DNA of 64,000 nt from Eledone cirrhosa (GCA_964016885.1 OZ024749.1:43524001-43588000), one strand, 5' to 3'. Numbered from the stretch's first letter, positions 44,165 to 57,934 are shown. Made by a program: numbers and translations. Notes: generated by a model not told the origin, from the sequence alone.

Positions 44165-44247
44165 GACACACACATAAAGATTGTGTGTGTGTCATATTAT
44201 GTTTGTACATAATATATTATTTAATTTTATCATAAACAGGAAAGTAC

Positions 44248-44316
<69 letters not shown>

Positions 44317-44325
44317 AAGTATGTA

Positions 44326-44368
<43 letters not shown>

Positions 44369-45377
44369 AGAGAGAGGCGTGGATAAAATAGACCGAAGAA
44401 AACATACTGAGAAAGCGATGAAGAGAGTAATGGACAAAACGAAGAGTGACTTATGCATTTTCAGTTTGAAAGACAGCTTATGTAATCTCGAAATGTCAGA
44501 GCGTCATGAATTGAAAACCGTCCATTTTGTAAATGGAATAGCTGGCACGAAGATATGAAATGAAAAGTTATTGAATTGCTGATTCTGGTTGTTGTCACTT
44601 AAGAGTGGTCAGGATAATTTTAAGAAGAACAAGCTTCTTAAGAAAGAGAAATATCTTACTACAAGGCTGATTAACTTATGTATGCTACAAGCCATTTTCT
44701 AGAGTTTCATAATACTGAATAAAACATTTCAAACTTCTCCGAACGAACGAACGAACGAACGTACGTACGAACGTATGGCCGACCAACCGACGCCTATAAT
44801 GAGTCTTCTGTAAACATTATCTAAATAATTCAATAGTAAATGGCGAATTTAACAACCAGGAAGAATTTAGTCAACAGATGAATCCGCCAGTAAAGAAGAA
44901 CAGCAAACGCCACAACAGAAACACATTAAGCTTAAAGACGAGAAATGAGACATTAACCATAATAACTATAATTACATATTATTTAGATGTAGCTGACTGA
45001 ATCGATAGATTAGAGAGAAATTTCAGTCAAATGGAAGACGCTTCGTTGTCCGTCATGGACGCTGCGCTTTATCAAATGTAAATGTACTCTCCTCTTACGT
45101 GTAAGGTTCAATGTTATCTGCAAGACCTTCCTTTAAGTAGATAGATCTGTTGTTGTTCTAAGCCGCTGGAACAATGCATATTATATGATTATATCAAATT
45201 TATATAATATTATATTATATCTTCTGTCCAAATGGAGCAAATCGTAAATTTGACAGAAGCTTGTAATTACTAAGTGGTGAGCAATTGATTCCGATAATGA
45301 TAAATTTTAGAGTTTTAAAATCCAAAATTAGATTATTTCTGATGAAGTTTAATGGCGCTGTATATATATACTTACAT

Positions 45378-45447
<70 letters not shown>

Positions 45448-45575
45448 TTACATACATATATATATATATATGTCTATATATATGTCTATATATATGTATA
45501 TATATACTTACATATATACATATATATATATAATCTATATATATGTGTATATATGTATTATATATATATATATAT

Positions 45576-45614
<39 letters not shown>

Positions 45615-45665
45615 TATATATACATATACATACGTATGCATACATATACACACACACATACATAC

Positions 45666-45745
<80 letters not shown>

Positions 45746-45855
45746 GAAGCGTGTCATTAGTGCGTTGAATATTTATTCCAGGTCTTTGCACTTTGAGTTC
45801 AAGCCCCACCCAGGTCAACTTTGTATATTTTTATCCTTTCCAAGGGCTTAAATAT

Positions 45856-45878
45856 AACCCTAACCCTAACCCTAACTC
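45856..45878. repeat. Short interstitial (TAACCC)n
   Basis: taaccctaaccctaaccctaac, following a degraded SINE at ~45765-45850. Confidence 0.8.
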
Positions 45879-46467
45879 TTACAAACCCGGAGGTAAAATC
45901 AGAAAAGTGTCGGACGGGGTGCAATAGCACATCTATACCTGCTCTGTGTGTTTTCTGTTCAAATTCCAAGTCCGGTCACCGGAAAAGCTATAAAGTTTCT
46001 TCCAGGAATTGCGACGGGTACATCGTGTGATCAATGTAAAGCTCAATAGAACTACATCTCCACTGTCCTGTCTGACGATCGGTTCCTTTTCTTTCCTATA
46101 CTTTATATAACAAAATCATTACATAGTGAAACATTTCCTAGTTTCCCTTATTTAATCATCGTACTAAAACATACATTCAACTATCTATATCTTCATTCAT
46201 TTCTTCTTCTACACAATATATATATACAATAGATTAATAATCTCTTTTCTAGATTCACATAGGACCATATAATCAGTTTGAAGCGAACAATTACATCTAG
46301 AATATAATAACCTCTTACGAATTAACTGGACTTTCCACAGACTTTTCTATTTTTCTCGACTAACTATGTTTTTTCATCTATGCCCTCACCACCTCTCTCT
46401 ATGTATCTATCTATGTATGTATGTATGTATGTATGTATGTATGTATGTATGTATGTATGTATGTACG

Positions 46468-46541
<74 letters not shown>

Positions 46542-46542
46542 C

Positions 46543-46625
<83 letters not shown>

Positions 46626-46773
46626 TATATGGGTGTGTTTTTCCAATATTTTCTTTAACGTTATTGTGCAAATTATATTTCTAACAACTTTTCTGTTCAA
46701 TTTAGTAGACAAACCAAATATATTTTACTTTGTAAGTCTCTTACAGTGTCTATTAACTTAATAAAACCCATAA

Positions 46774-46823
<50 letters not shown>

Positions 46824-46824
46824 A

Positions 46825-46855
<31 letters not shown>

Positions 46856-46945
46856 GACTCATCCAAAACCTCAATAAACATTGGAAGTGTTCTATTAGTG
46901 TCTTTAACATATGCGGTGTATAAAATAACGTGGGAGGTCTAATAA

Positions 46946-46987
<42 letters not shown>

Positions 46988-47522
46988 CATATATATATAT
47001 TTACATATATATGAATATATATATATATATACACATATATATATATTTACATACATATGTATATATATATATATATATATACATACGTATATAGACATAT
47101 ATACACACACACATATATATATATAATCCTGTTATTTTTAGGCACACTTATAAATGTATGTATTTATAATTGATTCTTCCAGTTCAACTCCCTACCTACC
47201 GTATTCTCCTGTTTGTATCTCTAAATTAATAAAATAAACAACTTTATTTTTTGCTTGGATAAGTATGGCTAATTCAATTATTTTTCGATATCTGCTTTTT
47301 AATACGTGCCTTACATTCGTTTCTCTGATGAAATACTCCATCCTTGAAGGTGTGTGGCTTAGTGGTTAGTGTGCTGGGCTGAAGGTAGACATACATAGAT
47401 AGAGAGAGAGACACAGACATACAGACATGGATAAACAGACAGGCAGACATATATAGACACAGACAGACATACATGTAGACACATAGACAGATAGATAGAC
47501 ACATAGATAGATACACACAGAT

Positions 47523-47592
<70 letters not shown>

Positions 47593-47593
<1 letters not shown>

Positions 47594-47907
47594 TGTTTCT
47601 TTTATTTGCCACCAGGGCATCAAAAGTGGGACAAGTACAATGGGGGGGGGAGTTTACAAAACAAGGCGTCCTCAATAAGGAGGAGGCAATAACAAAATAT
47701 AAAAATAAAATAAAATATAACAGAATAAAATATATAACAAAATCATCAATAGAGAGGAGGCGCCTTGGGGGGTCGCACACACCCCCGAAAAAAGTGTGCA
47801 ACCCTTTTCCTCAGGAGCACAGAGAAGGGGTGCTCCCTTGGTCTTTTATCTTCCTCACCTATAGTCTGATGTAGAGTGAAGGCCCATTCACACGGGCCAT
47901 TCTCGCT
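47593..47907 (-). mobile_element. Probable Tx1/L1-type LINE 3' end inserted in (TATC)n
   Basis: Minus strand gives ORF end ARMARVNGPSLYIRL* (stop at 47859-61) and a ~265-nt UTR ending AATAAAagaaacat. (GATA)n lies on both sides. The family assignment is recalled, not searched. Confidence 0.6.
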
Positions 47908-47921
47908 AGATAGATAGATAG

Positions 47922-48025
47922 ATATTAAAACTATATATATATATACGATATTAAACAAGTATATCTACTCCAAAACTTGTCGAGTGCTTTATATCAGTTA
48001 TAAAATATTTACTTGTTGTAACCCA

Positions 48026-48026
<1 letters not shown>
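47922..48026. repeat. 105-bp exact inverted duplicate of 48597-48701
   Basis: Base-for-base reverse complement, including a 14-nt TA tract. The core is related to the family J tail at 28885-28955. Confidence 0.92.
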
Positions 48027-48064
<38 letters not shown>

Positions 48065-48069
48065 TACGA

Positions 48070-48200
48070 ATCTACCCCAGTACTGCACTGGTACTTACTA
48101 CTTTATCAACTCCCAAAGGAGTAAAGACAATGTTTATCCCGGCGGGATTTGAACTTAGAGCGTAGAGAACTGAAACGAAATACCTCCAGAGATTCTACCC
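48070..48200 (-). mobile_element. Diverged Meta-like SINE
   Basis: ccccagtactgcactggtactt..tttatcaac..ggcgggatttgaacttagag. Confidence 0.7.
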
Positions 48201-48535
48201 ATCAGATGACATGTTACAATTATAGAAACTCTTAATAATGCTACAGTTAATCATCTAGTTTAAACTTAGCTCATCATACATATTTAAATCTCTAATTATT
48301 GTACTAACAGTTCACTATATTAATTCTGTACCAAATGTCGTTATTGAAATATGAAGTTTTAAATTGTTATTATATTATATTTTCGAAATTATTTAGGATT
48401 TGTTCGTGTTTTTTATTCATTTTTTGTAAATGCTCTCCATTATACAACATTCCTCAGGCGTTGCCTCCAGGTTGTCAAATTCAATGCCTCCATCAAATTA
48501 ACAATACATTCATCACCTATATAGTCTCATGCGTA

Positions 48536-48577
<42 letters not shown>

Positions 48578-48690
48578 AAAGTTTTATTTAAAAGTGTTGG
48601 GTTACAACAAGTAAATATTTTATAACTGATATAAAGCACTCGACAAGTTTTGGAGTAGATATACTTGTTTAATATCGTATATATATATAT

Positions 48691-48852
48691 AGTTTTAATA
48701 TAGATGAGATTATATTACATTTCCTGGTGATTTCTAAAGAATGAAACAGTTCTAGTCCTGTAGAATCTCATCTATATTAAAACTTTTATACTCCGCTATG
48801 TATTGAGTACCTTACTTACTGTCGTTACCTCCGATACAACCCGGAATAACGT
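48691..48852 (+). mobile_element. Family E pLTR remnant with a hammerhead motif and a 21-bp inverted arm
   Basis: CTGGTGA at 48724-30, TTC/GAA stem II, GAAA at 48743-46, stem III CAG/CTG, GUA triplet (predicted cut after 48762). 48691-48711 is an inversion of 48764-48784. Confidence 0.7.
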
Positions 48853-48865
48853 ATTATATATATAT

Positions 48866-48957
48866 ATATAATTAACAACAAAGAACGCTTAGAACATAGG
48901 TATATCTTTAATTAAAGATATACCTATGTTCTAAGCGTTCTTTGTTGTTAATTATAT
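48866..48957. repeat. 92-bp perfect palindrome at the end of a (TA)n-embedded insert (family G)
   Basis: Centre at 48911/48912. Arms checked base by base. A unique tail continues to ~49045. Confidence 0.95.
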
Positions 48958-49044
48958 TACGGCTCTGTCCTCAGACATCGAGCTAACCTTATACTGCCTA
49001 TTGGATAAGTGGAGTGTTACACACTCCTAATCCTCTCCCTTATA

Positions 49045-49104
<60 letters not shown>

Positions 49105-49289
49105 CCTTCTTTCCTGATTTATTATTACTCCAAGTGTTTACAACATAGGAATTACAGCATACCCGCAGCATCACTATGAAAACGCCTTGTTGAGTCAAAC
49201 CAAGCCAAGCGTTAATATCATCCACTACCTGGAATACCATAACTGGACTTCACCTAAGTGGACTGCATTTAACTATTATTTGTTAATCC

Positions 49290-49291
<2 letters not shown>
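49105..49291 (+). mobile_element. Family C, copy 2 (5'-truncated)
   Basis: Matches 101-286, with (TA)n on both sides. Confidence 0.8.
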
Positions 49292-49329
<38 letters not shown>

Positions 49330-49388
49330 AAGGTATAGAAATTGTTGTAGCGAGAAGCTAACAGTATTCCATATATATATATATTTAT

Positions 49389-49472
49389 TTAATATAGAAA
49401 TGGCTTCTACAGGACTAGAACTGTTTCATTCGGGAGAAATCATCAGAGGAACCCAGATTATTTCTCCCGAAT
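49389..49472 (-). ncRNA. Family E hammerhead motif, copy 2
   Basis: Minus strand: CTGATGA-tttctcccgaat-GAAA-CAG-ttctagtc-CTG-TA-gaagcc. Stem I is imperfect. A 13-bp foldback pairs 49428-40 with 49460-72. Confidence 0.65.
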
Positions 49473-49794
49473 ATATATATATAACTTGCAAAAGCTATTG
49501 TGTTTACTATCAACGCGACGTTCTAATCAGATAGACTAATCCTGCTGTTTACCGCAATATTATTCATAATTATTCAACTTTAAGTATACAATTTTTATAA
49601 TCAAATACCAATATAGATCTCTATATAATAATGAAGATGAAGTGAAATGCTATTTCTGGAATTAATAATGAAGAACCAAAACAGTCAAACCATTTCAGTC
49701 TGTCAGATTGTAATTTTTTTTAAACTTTACTATTATGTCTTCCATTATATATAATGTGTACTCACAAATATATATACATATATATATTAGATAT

Positions 49795-49925
<131 letters not shown>

Positions 49926-49967
49926 ATATATATATATATATCATATATATATATATGTATGTGTGTG

Positions 49968-50013
<46 letters not shown>

Positions 50014-50039
50014 AGATATATATATATACATACACATAG

Positions 50040-50090
<51 letters not shown>

Positions 50091-50094
50091 TTTT

Positions 50095-50217
50095 TGTTGA
50101 ATCGTCAATGTGAGGAGCAGCTTGATAATGGAGTCGGGTCCATAACTTCTATGGGTGACCCTAAGCCAATCATCTGCGAAACACGCGTAACAGGTCGATT
50201 CGCAATAAAAATAATTG

Positions 50218-50220
<3 letters not shown>
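50095..50220 (+). other. (TA)n-embedded insert with a degenerate hammerhead
   Basis: TTGATAA at 50122-28, internal hairpin gggtc..cata/tatg..gaccc, GAAA-CACGC-GTA at 50178-89, then AATAAA. Confidence 0.4.
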
Positions 50221-50270
<50 letters not shown>

Positions 50271-50685
50271 AATATGAAAAGTTGAAATTAATGCATGCAA
50301 GATTTCACAGCTCTCACATCACTCCTTACAGCCCACCACCTTATTGCTAGGTATCTATTTTGAACAATGTGACTAAGAGCGACAACAAAGGCCAAATACC
50401 AATAGTAGTCCGAAGATAACTATGTATATAGGTAGAACAAAGTCATCATAATTTATTGGTATTGATTTAACTGAATGTAAAATTAAATATGGTGGTGACG
50501 GGAGTGATGAGAGGGACAAGGCCCACGAAAAATCGAAGATTCAAGTATGTTTACATAGAATGTTTTAATCAAGGAATTATTGGATTAAATATATTGTTAC
50601 TATAAACCCAGTCATTTTTTATGGGTATTATCGGCTACTATGCTAGTATGTCCATACATTATATATATACAAAGTATGTGTTTGC

Positions 50686-50745
<60 letters not shown>

Positions 50746-50759
50746 TAGTAGTAGTAGTA

Positions 50760-50805
<46 letters not shown>

Positions 50806-51499
50806 TGGTAAATAACAGCTATGCCAGTAGTAAAGTAACATTTGCAAGGTGATGGAGGTGAAAAGCTGAGTTGATAATCAGCTCGGCTATACAGGTGGAT
50901 ATGTAGACATATATCTGAATATATCCGTGCTTTAAGAAACGACTAAAACGTGAAACGAAGCAACAACGGTGAAGAAAATGTCGAATAAAACATGAAATCG
51001 AACAAAAAAAAAACAAAAAAAAAAACGAGAATGAACCTAAAAGAAAAAGGAAACAATAAGCAAGAAAAAACAAAAAAATTAAATAAAATAGAAATAAAAA
51101 TTAAAAAAAATACGATGTTTCTAAAATGGTTCATATTAAAAAAATTCTTTCAGTGTAGGAGGGGAAAATATATTGGATTTGGCAAATTGAGTTCAGATGC
51201 AGAGGTGTTAGAAGCTAATATCACAGGTTGCTTGAAAAAAAATTTGTTTCAACTTCACAGAATGTGTATGTACATCATAAACAAATAAGCAACCATGTTA
51301 TTAATACCCACCTATCTGTCTATCTATCTATGTAACTTCTTAACTACCTACCTATCTCTCTTTTCATTTATCAATATTTCTATCAATCTGTCTATTTATA
51401 TAACTTCTTACCTCACCTATCTAGCTATTCATTTATCAATATATATATATATATATAGTGAGAGTCTATGGCTCCGTTAATTTATCGTGATATATATAT

Positions 51500-51543
<44 letters not shown>

Positions 51544-51710
51544 CCAACTAAATAAATTCTAACTATATACTTCTTACCTATCTACCTAAGCATTTATCAA
51601 TATTTCTAGCTATATATCTTTCTATATAAATTCTATCTATGTTATCTGTCCAACTATATACATATATATATAACTTATTACCTACTTACCTATTTATCTA
51701 AGCATTTATC

Positions 51711-51836
<126 letters not shown>

Positions 51837-51875
51837 GTATATATATATATGTATATATATATATATGTACATATG

Positions 51876-51921
<46 letters not shown>

Positions 51922-51923
<2 letters not shown>

Positions 51924-52041
51924 AAGGCGTGTGGTTGAGTGGTTAGAGTATTGGATTCACAATCGTGAGGTTGTGAGTTCGATTCCTGAACCAGGCGATG
52001 CGTTATGTCCTTGAGCAAGACACTTTATTTCACGTTGCTCC
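51922..52041 (+). mobile_element. tRNA-derived CORE-type SINE, 5' part
   Basis: A box gtggttgagtggttag, B box gagttcgattcc, then tgtccttgagcaagacacttta (CORE-like). Confidence 0.8.
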
Positions 52042-52152
52042 TTCTACCTGGAGTTGCGACCGATAGATAGTATTAGCAATTGGAAAGACCAACGGAAACA
52101 TAGTTTCCTCGGTCCGATTTGACGAAAGTCGATCGACTAGAATAAAAAAAAA

Positions 52153-52186
<34 letters not shown>

Positions 52187-52211
52187 GTTATATTAGTTAT
52201 ATATATATAGT

Positions 52212-52243
<32 letters not shown>

Positions 52244-52272
52244 TATATATATATAGTTATATATATATATAG

Positions 52273-52349
<77 letters not shown>

Positions 52350-52448
52350 GTTATATTAGTTATATATATATAGTTATATATATATATATATATATATATA
52401 GTTATATATATATAACTAATATATATATGTATATATAGGTATATTAGT

Positions 52449-52479
<31 letters not shown>

Positions 52480-52736
52480 ATATATGTGTTTCGACCACAC
52501 CTGATCACCGTCGAGGAAGAGGTGGAGATGTCGTAGCCTGAGTGCGTGTCTGCGCATCATCAGCCACGGCTTGCGGGTGTTGACAGCAGATGGACCGCCC
52601 GACCATCGGAGCGCGTCCCTTCCACAAAATTTCTACCAACCTCCTGCCTGCCTGAGTGCAGATCAATTTCTCTCTCTCTCTCTCCTCTCCACATATACAT
52701 ATATAGATATATAGAGAGAGAGAGATAGATGTAAGT

Positions 52737-52770
<34 letters not shown>

Positions 52771-52773
<3 letters not shown>

Positions 52774-53028
52774 AGGGGGTGTAACTAGGAGTTACTGCAG
52801 GTTCACCCGGGAGAGCACTCGATGTTTAGGTTCACTTCTGTGATGAGGTGTAGAGCTATACAGAGTGTAATATATTGAAAGGATAAAAAGGACCATTGAT
52901 TATTCCTTCATTGCATTTATTGATAGGTGACGCGATATAGATCGAACCTTGAGCTGATCAGTGGCGAAACGCGCGTCACCTATCAATAAATGCAATGAAG
53001 GAATAATCAATCGTCCTTTTTATCCTTT

Positions 53029-53033
<5 letters not shown>
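52771..53033. mobile_element. Family K foldback insert with a hammerhead 3' half
   Basis: Arms of about 62 bp (52872-52934 / 52972-53033). GAAA-CGCGC-GTC at 52966-77. A related copy lies at 59640-59762. Confidence 0.8.
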
Positions 53034-53108
<75 letters not shown>

Positions 53109-53111
<3 letters not shown>

Positions 53112-53284
53112 CCAGTAAGACCCCGACAGCTGAGCTCAAGCCGTTTCGACGGCTAATTCGCCGTCGAAACGGCTTGAGCTCAGCTGACGGGGTCTTACTG
53201 GTTCCTATTACCCACTCTACTACCTCAAGTATTGAGTACTTTGGTGCGTTATGGTCCACCTGGTTCCTTACCACATTTCCTTCG

Positions 53285-53287
<3 letters not shown>
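53109..53287 (+). mobile_element. Family A, copy 5, with a 45-bp foldback
   Basis: Arms 53109-53153 and 53160-53204. Confidence 0.88.
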
Positions 53288-53340
<53 letters not shown>

Positions 53341-53856
53341 ATATATGTGTTTCTGTAGAGTTTCCATATGTATGTGTGTGTGCACGTATCTATTTATCAG
53401 TCAAATTGTCTATCCATCTTTATACCTATTTATTTATCTCACCCAAATATTATTCCCTTTATATCACTAACTCTCATGCATATATTTGTTATAATTTTTT
53501 TTATATTCCAATTTAAACCCTAAGATTCTTAAAACTAATAAAACTGCAAGAATCCAATTCTTCTTCGTAATATTCTGAACAAGGATGTTCCACCTAAACT
53601 ATCAAAGACTTCTTTCAGGAACCATAATTCTTCTAATATTAGCAGAAATATCATAAGTTGATTCTTTTTTTATCTCCTCGTATGAAAACGATGATTTTAA
53701 TATCTAGTATTAACATGGCGGTGAAATGGTAGAATCGTTAGAGCGTCGAATAGAATCTTTTGTGGTATTTATGTATTTATTCTGGGGTTCAAATTACACC
53801 TTTCAAAATTTCGGGGGCGGTAAAAGATTTTTTTTTAAATATTAGTCCAAAACTGG

Positions 53857-53914
<58 letters not shown>

Positions 53915-53948
53915 ACTCACTCACTCTATCTCTCTCTCTCACTCACTC

Positions 53949-53995
<47 letters not shown>

Positions 53996-54039
53996 AAGAA
54001 GAAGAAGAAGAAGAAGAAGAAGAAGAAGAAGAAAAAGAA

Positions 54040-54310
54040 TTCATCCTTATCCAGACCTAAAAAGGTATTTGCCTCCGATAGTGTCCGACACTCTACCGGT
54101 TCTGCCAATCCACCGCCCTACCACAACTAAATAATTATTTCTACTTTTGGCACAAGGCCAGCAAATTACCCAGTACATTACTGGTACTTTATTTTATCAA
54201 CCCCGTGAGGATGAAAGGCAAAGCTAACCTCGGCGGGATTTCAACTCAGAATGGAAAGGGCCGTAACTTCGTCAAAGCATGGCGTCTGCCCCTCTACCGC
54301 TACTGCCAAT
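54040..54310 (-). mobile_element. Meta-like SINE plus the head of a second copy
   Basis: Full copy at 54132-54310 and a diverged head at 54040-54119. Confidence 0.85.
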
Positions 54311-54519
54311 ACATAGTAACACATACTACTACTACTGTTACCTAATCTCCACACCATAAATGTCATCTCGCTAATAACATCATTAATAAGAAGAGATCCG
54401 CTCTCCGCAAATAAAATATATAAATATATATATTTAAAAAAAAGATCTAAATACAGCTCAAAAACACACACAAAAAGTAGAATAAAACAAATAAGAAAAA
54501 CAATGAAAATGATTTGTTT

Positions 54520-54550
<31 letters not shown>

Positions 54551-54699
54551 GTCAAGCTTAATTACTTGTTAGACTTGATTGGATCTTAGATTCAGTTAGT
54601 GATTACCAAATTGCATGATCTTCTTCATTGTGTTCTTGTACTTCTATACACCCTACCATTAATATTACACTTTGGGTTAGAGTCATGTAACGCTTTTCT

Positions 54700-55830
54700 T
54701 TGTGTGTGTGTGAGTGTGGTTGTGTGGTTGTGGGAGTGTGTGCGTGCGTGTGTGTGTGTGTTTGTGTGTGTTTGTGTGTGTGTGTGGTTGTGTGTGTTTG
54801 TGGGAGTGTGTGCGCGTGTGTGTGTGTGTGTGTGTGCATGTGTGTGCATGTGTGTGTTTGTGTGCGTGTGTTTGCGTGTGTGAGCGTGCGTGTGTGTGTG
54901 TGTGCGTTTTTGTGTGCGTGTGTGTGCCTGTGTGTGAGTGAGTGTGCGTGTGTGTGTGTGTGTATGTATGTGTGTGTGTGTTTATCATTGTCTCATCATA
55001 TTTGTTGTTGTTGTTGCTTTTGTTGTTGTTGTTGTTGTTGCTTTTGTTGTTGTTGTTGTTGTTGTTGCTTTTGTTGTTGTAGTAGATGATGATGATGATG
55101 TTTTTGTTGTTACTGTTGTTACTGTTGCTACTGTTGTTGTTGTTGTTGCTGCTGTTGCTGTTGTTGTTGTTGTTGTTGCTGCTGTTGCTGTTGTTGGTGT
55201 TGCTGTCGTTCATTTTGTATTTTTATGGGTGTTAAGGGTGGAGGTGTTGGGAGTGGGAGAGAGTATTGTTGTTGTTTTACTGTTATTGTTGTTGATACAG
55301 TCGTTGTTGTTGTTGCTGTTGCTGATGTTTTTTTTATTATTGTTGTTGTTGTTATTATTCTTGGAGTTGTACTTGTGTTGTGATAGTGAAAGTGGTGGTG
55401 GTGGTGGTGTTGGTGGTGGTGGTGATGGTGTTGGTGGTGGTGGTGGTGGTGTTGGTGGTGGTGGTGGTGGTGATGGTGATTGTGGTGTTGGTGGTGATGG
55501 TGATGGTGGTGTTGGTGGTGATTGTGGTGTTGGTTGTGGTGGTGGTGGTGATGGTGGTGATTGTGGTGGTGTTGGTTGTGGTGGTGGTTGTGGTGGTGAT
55601 GGTGATGGTGGTTGATGGTGATGGTGATGGTGGTGGTGGTGGTGGTGGTGGTGGTGGTGGTGGTGATGGTGGTGGTGGTTGGTTTGGTGCTGGTGCTGGT
55701 GCTGGTAATGATGGAGGTGATGATAGTGATTGCATTGGTGATGGCGGTGGTGGTGGTGGTGGTGGTGGTAATAGTGAGGGTGTTGGTGGTTGATGTTGAT
55801 GTTGATATTGTTGATGGTGTTGTTGCTGTG
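54700..55830. repeat. (TG)n, (GTT)n and (GGT)n microsatellite field
   Basis: Direct reading. Confidence 0.95.
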
Positions 55831-56244
55831 CCTCCAGTGATGTTACGTGAAATTATACTGCAGTGATTACAATATCTTCTGGCAGTTATGGAGGTGTTTT
55901 GCGGCTTTGATTTGAGTGCATTTCGTGACAAAGGTTTATGTTTATTCCAGTTTATGCTGTGGTGGTGCTATTGTAATGAGTTAATTTAGTAATCAGGATG
56001 TAATTTTCAGTTACTGTGTCGTTAGTGTTGGTGTAGATGATGTAATGTTGTTGTTAGAGTGGTATCGTATGAGGGTGGATGGCTGGGAGTTAGTTATCTC
56101 GGTGTCTTTTACAGAAAACTAATTAGAGTTGAAGAACCTTCCCCCTGGACAGGACGCCAGTCCGACATAAAGTCAGATCTCTGCTGCTGATGCTAGTATT
56201 TGTTTTGTTATGTGTGTGGGTGGGGGGCGTATTTCAGCTAAATA

Positions 56245-56462
56245 TAATGATTTCTAGTATAGACACAAGACCAGTAATTTGAGGGGAGGGGAAAGTCGAT
56301 TAAATCAACCCCAGTACGTTACTGGTACTTTATCTTATTCACCCCGTAAAGATGAAAGGCAAAGTTAACCTCGGCGGGATTTGAACTCAGACCGTAAAGG
56401 ACCGTAACTCTATGCTGCAAAGCATGGCGTCCGACTCTACTGATACTGCCAATCCACCGCCC
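56245..56462 (-). mobile_element. Meta-like SINE (long form)
   Basis: Full reverse-complement match to the consensus. Confidence 0.9.
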
Positions 56463-56477
56463 TTTTTCTGCTAAATA

Positions 56478-56940
56478 TAATGAAGTACCTAGCTCAGAAG
56501 AAAACAACAGGGGGCGCTCATTTGGATGATCGAACTCACGACCTTAACATTGTGAAACCGAATTACTAACCACACAAAGACAAACCCCTTCATAGATGAA
56601 CATAAGGCCGGTACATTTATGATACTCGTGCTTTTTAAGCTGAGTGGAATGAATGAAGTGCTTCGCTCAAGGAAGACAAGAAGAATTATTTAGTCTGAAG
56701 ATCAAACTTTCGACCTCAAGAGCGTTAGCCCACTACACTTACCACTGGGCCATACTCCCTTCACAGACAGAGTGATATATCTATATAAGGCTGATATCTT
56801 TATGGTGGCCATTTTTAGCTGAGTAGAATTAAGTAGTTCGCTCAGTGACACAATACATTATATTGCCTGGGGATCAAACCCTCAACCTTACGATCGTAAA
56901 TCCACCACACTAACCACCAGATCACGCTCCCTTCTCAGAT
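56478..56940 (-). mobile_element. Three tandem, highly diverged CORE-type SINE 5' halves
   Basis: Repeated aatgaagt..gctca..gatc(g/a)aac..acct..aacca..cccttc at a ~175-bp period. Confidence 0.6.
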
Positions 56941-57519
56941 TGATACATAAATATATGGCTGCTATTTTTAAGAGGTCAAGTAACTGTATGTTAGTGAATG
57001 GTGGTGTTGGTGGTATCATTGATGGCTGGCAGTTTAATAACCAGTGAGGGAATTGTGTGGAATGGTTTTCGGTTGCATGTAAATGACATGTATGGTGGAT
57101 ATGGTTCTCCTTCTCGTAATATGTATAGAGTTCGTGCAAGACTAGTTCCTTGGGGTTGCCGAAAAGCTCTTATTACTGACAAGCAAACTTGATAAATTAT
57201 AGCGATCAGCTATTTTCAGACCACATTTGTAAATAAGAAAATAATGGGGAAAAGAAAACAAGGACAGAAATAGCAGAAACAGGCTTAGTTGTTTTACGAT
57301 GCATTGTGAAATTTGAAAATATAGTCGCTGCAATGCAAATAACTATAATATTTGGTAACTATAAATAATAGTTGAAAACATCGAGCAAAGTATCCTTGAA
57401 GACAGAAAATATAAGACAGACGCCTGTGGAGATTTGAACCACACATCTCTCGTAAATATTTGAATATTTTGCCCGATTATTTAGTCATCAATTATTATTA
57501 TAGTTACCAGCACTGAGGC

Positions 57520-57552
<33 letters not shown>

Positions 57553-57561
<9 letters not shown>

Positions 57562-57645
57562 AAGGGCTTCTACAGGACCAGAACTGTTTCATTCGAAGGA
57601 ACTCATCATTACTTACTGTGGTTACCCCCGATTGAACCCGGGATA
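57553..57645. mobile_element. Family E, copy 3: inverted hammerhead segment joined to a forward 3' tail
   Basis: 57553-57608 on the minus strand reads TGATGA-GTTC-cttc-GAAT-GAAA-CAG..CTG-TA. 57609-57645 on the plus strand matches 48812-48848. Confidence 0.75.
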
Positions 57646-57668
57646 CATACATAAATACATACATATAT

Positions 57669-57754
<86 letters not shown>

Positions 57755-57866
57755 ACACACACATCCCGGCTTCTATTTCTAATTCTTCATTTTAATTTGT
57801 ATATTGCATTTGCAAAAACACAGCACGCCATTTTTCATCATTATATATATATATATATATACATAG

Positions 57867-57930
<64 letters not shown>

Positions 57931-57934
<4 letters not shown>

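Noticed and set aside
44366-44560. Open frame of about 60 codons ([18 protein letters not shown])
   Set aside because: No convincing splice context or homology, so compatible with chance.
45856-45878. Telomere or chromosome-fusion site
   Set aside because: Only ~3.5 units in one orientation, and such short tracts are common inside invertebrate repeats.
51922-51995. tRNA gene
   Set aside because: It is the tRNA-derived head of a SINE. There is no acceptor stem and it continues into a CORE-like domain.
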